From assembly GCF_001194135.2 (NCBI RefSeq), contig NC_069001.1, positions 27,483,636 to 27,547,463 of the forward strand: DNA of 63,828 nucleotides. The letters run 5' to 3'. The position numbers were made by a program, and so were the translations under genes. Origin of the DNA: Octopus bimaculoides. Its lineage: Eukaryota. The notes beneath the pieces were generated by a model. The model was not told the origin of the DNA. It did no database searches and saw nothing but the letters and a program-made list of their open reading frames with translations. This document shows positions 53,427 through 63,828 of the stretch, one piece after another; positions within the stretch are counted from its first letter, which is position 1; every line of letters begins with the position of its first letter.

Positions 53427-56400
53427 CATTTTCTTTTTCAGAGGTAAATAAAAGATATACTGCAAAATGACTCATTATCTTTCTTCATATATATTTATTG
53501 TACATTAACAAGAGGGGGTGTGAGGGTGACTTGGAATTTTGGGCCTGTTGATCTTCATCAGACGCACATGGCAGTTTAGTATCATATACTTTCACTTCCG
53601 GACGTGTTTCTTCATTAACGCAATGAGAATAGCCTGAAAACAATAGACAAATATATGTATATAGATGTAACTATTAACTGTTGAAATGAATACTACCACT
53701 AATACTGCTACTGCTGCTGCTGATGATGATGAAGTTAATGATGAAGACAGTGATGATGATGCAAGAGTTGTTGTTGCTTCCATAAGAAGTTGCGTGTCCA
53801 TATGAATTTTATATGCATATATGTGCGTGCATACATATATTGTATATACATATGACACCCTCTCTCGCTCTCTCTCACAATGCGTGTGTCACACACACGT
53901 ATCTGTATGCAAACATATATGTAATACATATATATGTACATGAGTGTGTGTGTGAGTACACATATATACAGATAGATAGATAATAGATTGATAATAGACA
54001 GACACATACACACAAGCACACACACGCACACATGCAAACAGATACGTACACAATCACACACACACACACACTCATTCACACATATATACAGAGATACATG
54101 CATGCATACATACATACATACATATATACATGTATACCCACACGTGAACAGTAATGCGAAATGTGTTTCGAGTCCCAGCGGTGAACAACTGCTCTTTCCT
54201 GACTCAGATGGTTGCACAATGTGTAGAATATATACTTTTCCATTTAACATCTTATCAATTAATTCTTCATAATTCCATTAATGGTGTTATTACTCGTCCC
54301 AAACTTTGGCCTAATACAAGTTACCTTGTTATGGTCGACATTAATAATATAATTTTCTTTCACTCTGTCACAAATGACAAGTGTCCGAAACGCTAAAAGT
54401 TTTCCCACCTCACAGCAACCTATCATTTTCACAACTAGAATCTCACTTTTTATTTCATTAGTAATACAGTTCGCCCTTCTAGTGCTAAATCTCTGATGAA
54501 TTCTTCGGGCAGATAAGATTATGTAGTTAAAGTCATTTTGAAAGCGGTTATACAATATGTTAATACACAGGCGAACTTTGATATAATATATGTTGCAGTC
54601 AACTGCAAATACACCGTGATTCGAATTGTCATATATATACTTCTAATGTTTAAGGTTATTATGCAGAAATATTAACCCGTGTGATAAATGAAAAAAAAAA
54701 AATATCGAATGGAATGCGCTGGAATTTATCTAACGCAGTAACATTGTTTATACAATTCATATTTTGGTGTAAAATTACCTAGATTTCTTGAAAATTAAGA
54801 GAGATATTCAATAAATCCCATTGGTATTTACAACACAGAACAACTGCGTTTTCGTTGTTTAGTGAAGTTCTATGAGCATAATATCCTCAAGAGACCTTCA
54901 AATAGATATTACCTAAAGCTTTTTCTTGGTTTTAAATAAGAAACACTTCCAAACGCCTTTTCTTATCCTGATTTAAAAGCAGTAACAAATATTCTTTCTC
55001 TGCTATATTTCTCCTTCTCTACACGTCATGTTTCCTACTCAGACGACCAAAAGATTAAATACAGTTATATTAACAGATTCGTGTTATACTGTTAATCGAA
55101 CGTAAATGAATAAACAAGACTATCTGATAGAAAATTGCTTCAGTGTATTCCACTTTCGTTATTCAGTAAACTTTTCATGACAGATCGTTTGGAATAAAGC
55201 TTTATTCTTAGCAAAAATGAGTTGTGGGAACAGGCAATCCGTTGTTCTTCGTTTCTCTTTCCGTGCTTCATACGTCAATCATTTTATGAAACGGAGCACT
55301 CCAGACAGTCTAAAATATTGTAAAATGAAATCCGACATAAAACTCAAAACTTCGAAAAACTAAGTTTTGTAGATAAGTTAAGAGTGTTTCATAACGAGAT
55401 TACTATTGTAGAAACGATTTTATGTTGGGGTTAATGAAGTATATTTCTTTTAATTATAATATTTGGTGTTCTTAATATATTTCTGTTTTATAAATAAAAA
55501 TCCAAAACAAATTGTAGATATATTTGTTAACTAAATGGAATCATTAGCTTACCAGATAATCATCGGTTACCGTAAGAAGACAAGAAATTAGGAACCGTAA
55601 CAACATTATTATAGTGATTGCATCAAGTAGATTTCCACTCTACACAGGAGAAAAGTATTTGTGTGCTACCAACAGCATATTTGAAAGAAATCCTGTTATA
55701 GAACAGTATTTTCAAGAAGGCGCTTTACGATAATAGCAACAAATAAAAATCGGAAGAAGTCTTGGAATAATGTTTGAATCTAACAATAGATTACTTTTCT
55801 CTCGACAAATCAACAATGTAATCAATTTACTGCAGAAAAAGATGGAAATATAATGAAACAAATATTCGTACAGTATAGCTTTCTCAAATTAACACGTATG
55901 AAACATCCTCGAAGAATATTCTCTCACATAGGATATCACCATTAAATGTAATATTAGTAGCTATTCATCAATTCATGCAAGAACAAACTGAGTGCTAGAT
56001 GAGCTAGCTGTCATAATCTAAATATCTAAATTACCTAATCCTTGCATTTAATAAAAAGTCTAGCTACATTGTGCTGTGTAATCTAAAATATGCATAAAAG
56101 ATACCTGGAGAGGCTTAGAGCCTAGTCGAAAACTATTTAGTTTGTGTTAGGAGAGTGTTAAACAATATTTGCGAATATATTACAACGCCAACCAACTTCT
56201 GGCAAACAACGAAGCCTCTGTGTCATCATAAGACAAATGAGACACACAAGATAGATAATATGTAGTGCTAGACCAAAAATGGTAGGAATAAAAGTAAATG
56301 TTTACAAACGTAACTTTTTTCAGACCTGTGAAGACCTGGGCTATATGCTAACAACAAACTGCAGCAGCAACAGCAACAACAACAACAAAAACAAAAACAA

Positions 56401-58019
56401 CAACCACTAACAGAATGATAAAGTGTTTTCTCTATTCAATCAACAGAAATTGGAACAATCTTCTGTAAGTTGCAGATGCAATCAATCATTTCTGACAATG
56501 AAATCCAAAATGAGAAATGTTAAAAAAGTACCTGTTATGAAAACTGATACGCACACATATTTATGTATATGCAGAGAAAGATATGTGCACACATGCATCC
56601 ACAGAAATATAAGCAAGTAGAAGCATAACCACACACACACACGTGCGCGCGCACAATTATAATAATGTTTACACACACACACACAAACACACATATACAT
56701 ATATATATATAATACATATTTAGGCTAATGCGTATATAGACGTTGATAGAATAACATTATATTGGTTGTCATATAGCGCATGATTTGTACATTGTAGTTT
56801 GTCAAAAATACATTTTAAGCTATCAATTAACATTAAATAATATTTTCACATATCGAAAGAGAATATAGCAAAGTCTGCAAACATAAGAATATATATGTGT
56901 GTGTGTGTGTGTATGTATGTATGTGCATATACTTATATATGTGTATATATATACATATATGTATGTAAACATATGCATATATATGACCCAAGTGAACATA
57001 CATATGTCTATACATATATATGCACACGTATATGTACATACGTATATGTATACACGTATATGTGCATACGTATATACGCGCAAGAAGTCATTGCTATTCA
57101 TATTGATATGCTATACGTAATCACGTATAGAATATATTTAATTGCTATGAATGTGTTTTATTGTTGTTGCTCGGGTGGAATTAACTAAGCTTTACAATCA
57201 AGTCTGATGACAAGTCAATCATATTTTTTAACAATCCATTGTTGAGAACCATATCTGTAATAAAATTATTTAACACCATCATCAATCATGTCAGAAAGAT
57301 ATAAACATGTCGTTAAAATCGTGGTATTTTAATGATATATCGGCATGTATTACTTTCTCTTTCACTCCGCACAATAAAAAAGAAAGAAAATATAACTACG
57401 TTATTCAAAAGTAGCTTAACAATATATTACAATGTAGCAGGTGAAGTATATTTTACATTATGAAAAAATAATCAATACAGGATTACATCAACTTATCGTT
57501 AGATATGTTTATATATTTTTTCGTTTGCAGTAGACACCTAATAATGTGTATGTGATGTAATTATCTAAATTGAAGTAGGTTTTATGTTTAGAACACATTT
57601 CATTGTTACGGACATGCTTTACTGTATAAGTACAATACAACACATACCCACGCCGACACACGCATATGCGTATGAGTGTGTAAGTTTCTGTGCATATGTT
57701 TATGCACATGTAAATATCAAAGAATGCGAATAAGTGCTCAACAAGGCATTGGTGGATAAAGATTGTTTATTTGTGAATGAATGAAACCAATCTTAACATT
57801 AATCCTCCCACATACGCACAAACATATGTCTAATGTAACTACACGTGTGCCGTTTGCGATTTCTTCTCCATCTTCGGAATTTTCCATTTCTCCTTTCCAA
57901 CGAAGAGTTATGCTCGAAACGTCTAACTTTCTCCTTTCTCTGAGCGTTAAGATGATATATTTCTTCTGGAAATTAATAGATTGGACTAAGCGGAGCAGGA
58001 GCACACACGTGTTCGGGAA

Positions 58020-58068
58020 GTGTTGCTGAAGAGGTCACAGATGTTTGACGAAAAGTTTCCATACAATA
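58020..58068 (+). ncRNA. Hammerhead-like motif
   Basis: CTGAAGA 58026-58032, extra G, stem II GTCA/TGAC (8-nt loop), GAAA 58050-58053. Stem I GTGTTG can pair with CAATA after an AUA triplet; stem III is poor. Confidence 0.45.
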
Positions 58069-58329
58069 AACGAGTGAAGAACGAGTATAAAGTGTTTATT
58101 CGGCAAAAGGAACAAAAAAATACCTATCCCGTAAAACTACAATATCTTCTTTCATATCAGCAACGCAATTTCATAAACGTATATATACACACGAGTAAGC
58201 ACATAAATGCAAAACAAGGAAGAAATATAGTACTCGGATACGAAAGGTAGAATAATATGCCGTTTTATTTTTTATTAGAGTAAAATCTTCTTGTGATGTT
58301 TTTGCAGTTTTAATAAAAAAAAGTGTATG

Positions 58330-58365
<36 letters not shown>

Positions 58366-59209
58366 ATTTTTTATAAACCCTGCGTATATGTATATATATT
58401 TAAATTTACCCTAAAATGTGTCAACAGATGATAACAGGATAATTAAGCGGTGAGTCAGCTCATTGGAATGGGGATAGTGAATTTCTGGTCAGAAAACGAA
58501 CTTCAAGACACCTTCGTCGGAGACGTAAACTAACAAGTTACTATTTAACTTTTCTCAAAGCATCCCGAACTAGACTACGTATCGACGGCAGCATTTGCAT
58601 TGAAATAAGGTGGTAGAACGATCTCGTTGCCATTCAGTTGCGAAAGAATAGTATATCTAGCATCTACTTTGAGAATAGATAGAGTTCTCCTCGATGACTT
58701 TCATACTCAAATACACATACATGCATGCGCCCGAGCACACACACGCACGCAAACACAGAAAGAAACACGCACACGACCACGCGCTCGCGCACTCACGCAT
58801 GAATGGCGAACGCATATAGCTATAAATCACATTAAACCGTTGAAAGCAATAAAAAGCATAGGAAGGTAACTCATTACTAATGTCTAGAATTTTATTGCGT
58901 TTACGTTCGTTGCTGTTTATTTCATCTGTTCATTTTGGAGCCTCATGCTGTTGGGTTCAATTCCAATATGCAAATGCCTCCTCCTACATCCTCAGCAGAC
59001 CAGTGGTTTGTGAGTGAATCTAATTGAAGGAAAACTGTATAGAAGTCTCTCGTAATTATATATCAGTACATACCATAAAGCTGAGTTTGTGAGTGTGTGT
59101 GTGTGTGTGTGTGCATGTTTCATCCATAGAAATCTACCCCTTACAAAATAGCAATCTGGGAGTCGCATCAATGGATTCCTCATGCTCGAAAATGCCCGGA
59201 ATCGGTCAT

Positions 59210-59390
59210 TTATTATTATTATCATTATTATTATTATTATTAATAATAATAATATTTTTTATTATCATTATTATTCATTATTATTATTAATAATAATAAT
59301 ATTTTTTATTATTATTATCATTATTATTATTAATAATAATAATATTTTTTATTATTATTATTATTATTATCATTATTATTATTATTATTG
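59210..59390. repeat. Compound (TAT)n/(AAT)n microsatellite
   Basis: Direct reading. Confidence 0.9.
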
Positions 59391-59536
59391 CTTCCTAAGA
59401 GGTGAATTTTTGCATTAAAAATAATTTTAAACCATAACTTCTAACAATTTTCAAGTCGGAGAAATACGCCAGCATTTGCAAACATAAGTTAAGTCCCCTT
59501 CTAGCTACGGTGTAAAGAGAGAGAGAGAGAGAGGGA

Positions 59537-59573
<37 letters not shown>

Positions 59574-60280
59574 AACAGCATTTTCTTTTTAATTTCGTCT
59601 TTTTAGTGAGTGATACACAATATAAACGATATTCTCCGTTTCTCCACAACTAATTTCAAAATTTGCTGAATCCGTTGCTCTACTCATAGCGACATATAGT
59701 TGGTCGTGCTTGAACATGAGAGAGAGCAGAAGTTACCAGAGCAAAAATACTAAGTGTTGACTGTAGACCCGCTCCTTCTCTAACTCTCCAGCCGTATGAT
59801 AAGCCATATAGTGTTGCCAACCCTTGGATTTCTACGTTTATTACAATTTATTTAATATAAATAAAAATAACTAAATGCACAAAACTATTATACAAAACGA
59901 CCCTGAGGCAATTATGCAAAAGAAACATGTATTGGAATGTAATATGGTGGAAATCCTTTTTAATAAATAAATTTTGAAGATGTAAAACTACACATATTCA
60001 TTGTTATGCCTTGATAATATACTCCTTATTCTACACGAAATCCATTCAATCGAAACTGGATTTTTCGAATGGAAGGTCGAACAGTCAAATTATCACTACT
60101 AAATATCCTAAATATTTCCACTCATTCGATGTGATTAGTCAAGTTTGGACTTTGTTAATATGCCTTGATTGAAAATCCCTGTTTGTTTGCATCATATATT
60201 CATGCACACACGTACAAATATACATTTATATATGCATATATATATATATATATGTTTGTGTGTGTGTGTGTGTGTGTGCC

Positions 60281-60311
<31 letters not shown>

Positions 60312-60782
60312 ATATATATATATATATATACACACATACATAAACATGTATACATACACATCTATATATACACGTGTGTGTGTGTGTGTGTGTATGTATA
60401 TATACTTATACACACACATGCACCTTTGCTTGCATGAGTGTGTGTTTATATGTGCTTGTGTGTGTATATTTCGATTTTTGGTTGATGAAATGACATTCTC
60501 ATCTTATTCAAATTAATTATGTATATATTAATTAACAAATAATTATAAGAAAAAATGACACTTGAACATAAGTCATGGAAACGGCTGTCGCGCATAGTAA
60601 TGACATTTTGATATACGATTCAGATCTCTGTTTCTGTTTTTTTATTCCCACATATACACGCGCTCTCGTACCACAGACACAGATAAGAATATATTTATAT
60701 ACACATCCATCCATACAAAAATACATGCATGCATATATAAATGTATTTATGAAGATATATATATATATGTATGCATATGTAC

Positions 60783-60813
<31 letters not shown>

Positions 60814-60869
60814 TATATACTATACACATATATATACATGCATATATACATGCATATATATATACATGC

Positions 60870-60900
<31 letters not shown>

Positions 60901-61537
60901 CTATACACATATATATACATGCATATATATATATATATATATATATATANNNNNNNNNNNNNNNNNNNNNNNNNNNNNNNNNNNNNNNNNNNNNNNNNNN
61001 NNNNNNNNNNNNNNNNNNNNNNNNNNNNNNNNNNNNNNNNNNNNNNNNNNNNNNNNNNNNNNNNNNNNNNNNNNNNNNNNNNNNNNNNNNNNNNNNNNNN
61101 NNNNNNNNNNNNNNNNNNNNNNNNNNNNNNNNNNNNNNNNNNNNNNNNNNNNNNNNNNNNNNNNNNNNNNNNNNNNNNNNNNNNNNNNNNNNNNNNNNNN
61201 NNNNNNNNNNNNNNNNNNNNNNNNNNNNNNNNNNNNNNNNNNNNNNNNNNNNNNNNNNNNNNNNNNNNNNNNNNNNNNNNNNNNNNNNNNNNNNNNNNNN
61301 NNNNNNNNNNNNNNNNNNNNNNNNNNNNNNNNNNNNNNNNNNNNNNNNNNNNNNNNNNNNNNNNNNNNNNNNNNNNNNNNNNNNNNNNNNNNNNNNNNNN
61401 NNNNNNNNNNNNNNNNNNNNNNNNNNNNNNNNNNNNNNNNNNNNNNNNNNNNNNNNNNNNNNNNNNNNNNNNNNNNNNNNNNNNNNNNNNNNNNNNNNNN
61501 NNNNNNNNNNNNNNNNNNNNNNNNNNNNNNNNNNNNN

Positions 61538-61574
<37 letters not shown>

Positions 61575-61719
61575 ATATATATATATGCTTGTATGTATGT
61601 TAGTTTTTGTGAATGTGTGTGTGTGTAAGTATAAGTTATATACTAGTGTAAGTCAAAACTTAGGCGCAGACTTGTTTTTGCTATTATAATGAAATCAAAG
61701 TAGGGTTTGAATAATTACA

Positions 61720-62580
61720 TCATTTTTTGGCATCGACCCCTTTCTTTTTAATGCATACTTCATGCGTTTCACAGGTTTGCTTCTTCAATCGGAGAAGAAG
61801 CTTTGCGGCTAGTCGTGCAGCCATCTTTGCAGCTCGTCCTGTAGGTTTTCGCTAGTAGCAAATCGATGAACATTTAAAACATGTTTGCGCGTTTCAAAGA
61901 TATTGTACACAGAAGGGGTGAGATCGAGACAGTAAGAAGGGTGTTCTAACAACTCAAAACCTAATTTTTCAACAGTTTTAGCGGAGTGGGATTGCCTGGG
62001 CCTCAGCATTTGTTGCGAATTGCTGTTTTCAGTTTGATCGCCAGCATATTACTGTGCCCTACACAGATGGTTGTAGCACCCTCTTTCCAGCCAAAGTTCT
62101 GTTATACGCCCTTGTGTGTCTCAAATAGTAGTTAGCATCACATTGTCTACGGAAGGTTGAGTCTAACAATCTTTTTCGCCGGTGATTCCAGGTGTTTCCA
62201 CTGCATACCCTGTCATTTGATTCTGTCTCAAAGTGAAAGATAAGGTGTTATCTGCTGTTCCTATTCTCTCCAACAAAGCCTCGCTTTCGCTGTTGTTGCC
62301 GCCAGAAAATGGCTTGAAAGATCTCCGCACGATTTCGATTGTGATTCGGTAAACTCCCTCGAAAACCATTTTGCGCAGGTCTTATTGAAACGGAGCTTGT
62401 CGTTGATGATTTTGTATGTAGAGCCACGATTACTTTTCAGAGATCATGCTACCTCATTCGATAGTCCCTCGCCTCTTCACCAGAACCAACCCTCCAGCTT
62501 GATGAATCTTACCGTAGTAAATATCCTGTCCAGTCTGTTACAGTCTGTCATACCGGCCATGATGAAATACCACAAGGTAT
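61720..62580 (-). mobile_element. Decayed mariner-like transposase
   Basis: GSTYKIINDKLRFNKTCAKW (compare GS...IIH..LGF.KVCARWVP), MQWKH.ESP.KK, LGFELLEHPSYCLDLTPSVY (compare HPPYSPDLAPSDY) and WLH.-PQSFF. Stops and frameshifts. Confidence 0.85.
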
Positions 62581-63828
62581 AGAAAATACGTATTCGCCTT
62601 TATATATTTAATCCTTTATATTGAACACTCAATATTTCATATATTCAATAAGACATATTCCATATATTCAATAAGGCATTCAATACTTCATTTCATTGTA
62701 CCATCCATTTTTATATTATATATTATATATTCCATATTCTATACCCGACATTAATTTTACAAGAATATAAATAAAACTTAAAAAACAGACAGAGTTGGAA
62801 CTCTTTTATTTTAAATAAAATAATATATTCCTCTATACACGATCATACAAACCCTTTNNNNNNNNNNNNNNNNNNNNNNNNNNNNNNNNNNNNNNNNNNN
62901 NNNNNNNNNNNNNNNNNNNNNNNNNNNNNNNNNNNNNNNNNNNNNNNNNNNNNNNNNNNNNNNNNNNNNNNNNNNNNNNNNNNNNNNNNNNNNNNNNNNN
63001 NNNNNNNNNNNNNNNNNNNNNNNNNNNNNNNNNNNNNNNNNNNNNNNNNNNNNNNNNNNNNNNNNNNNNNNNNNNNNNNNNNNNNNNNNNNNNNNNNNNN
63101 NNNNNNNNNNACATATATATATATATATACAGTCATATATATATATATATATATATATATTCTGCTGGTTACAGTTGAGACAGTTCAAATCGGAGCACCG
63201 AGTACGTGCGAAGCACCAGTAGGATAGAAGTAGCCTGTCTCACGACGGTCTAAATCCGGCTCACGTTCCCTGCCAGGAAATCAATGGAACATAGAGAAAG
63301 GTACATGGCATATAAACGAGGAGGAAAAGTTGTAGCAGTTGACGGTGAAGCTGTGGTGGTGATGGTGGTGTTTCTCTTCTTCAAGGTCAAAGCCTTTGCG
63401 ACGATATCGCTGTTGTTGCTGGTGGTGGTGCTGTTGCTGGTGTTAGCGTTCCAGCTCACACCTGCACCTGTTTGTGTGATACTCTCCCCTTCTTCCGACC
63501 TTCATGAAGCAGTGGTGAAGGGAGTGTAAGGAAATCAACGTCGAAAGAGTTGGCAAGGACACCGGCGTTCGTTCTGAGATCGTCTGCTTGGCTTGACAAA
63601 CCCCATTCTCAAGAAAAAAATATGGCTAAGAAAGCCGAAAGCGGTTTTACAAAATAGGGAATTTCGCCACACAGGGCAGGTTTCCCGTGCAAACAAATTA
63701 CACAACCGGATGTATCAATTGTTGCACAACTTTTACATAAAAAATATAATCCCAAAACAACTTTTTAAGGCAATACAAGGCAAACTGACACGGAACCGAT
63801 GTGTCTATAATCCGTCCATAAAGATATA

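Noticed and set aside
1-63188. Long ORFs such as 28736-29680, 60575-61603, 4431-5138, 29799-30209 and 2-274
   Set aside because: They are translations of (TA)n/(TG)n/(CA)n microsatellites or N gaps, not genes.
63284-63529. Hydrophobic 81-aa ORF resembling a membrane protein
   Set aside because: The hydrophobicity comes from GTG/GTT/CTG repeats; no independent coding evidence.

Overview
This is AT-rich, microsatellite-dense animal genomic DNA with seven N gaps (1634-1851, 4449-5075, 7799-7909, 14202-14227, 28897-29408, 60950-61537, 62858-63110). The SINE-like repeats resemble those I recall from octopus genomes; the taxon is an inference. I cannot support any host protein-coding gene, and most listed ORFs are microsatellite or gap artefacts. 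The window is mostly transposon relics: four tRNA-derived SINE families, an R4/Dong-like non-LTR 3' half, RTE-like LINE tails (one with two intact C2H2 fingers), three Penelope-like RT or GIY-YIG relics, several Tc1/mariner relics (one DD36E), a piggyBac relic and fold-back hairpins. The most interesting unannotated signal is a set of minimal type I hammerhead ribozyme motifs read by eye (CUGANGA-stem II-GAAA) at about 1420 (+), 13941 (-), 44303 (+), 47289 (-) and 58026 (+). The one at 47289 lies just 3' of a Penelope-like endonuclease frame. The one at 13941 is fused behind a tRNA-derived Pol III promoter, giving a SINE/retrozyme-like chimera. Penelope-associated hammerheads are a known class; I cannot verify whether these particular families are undescribed.
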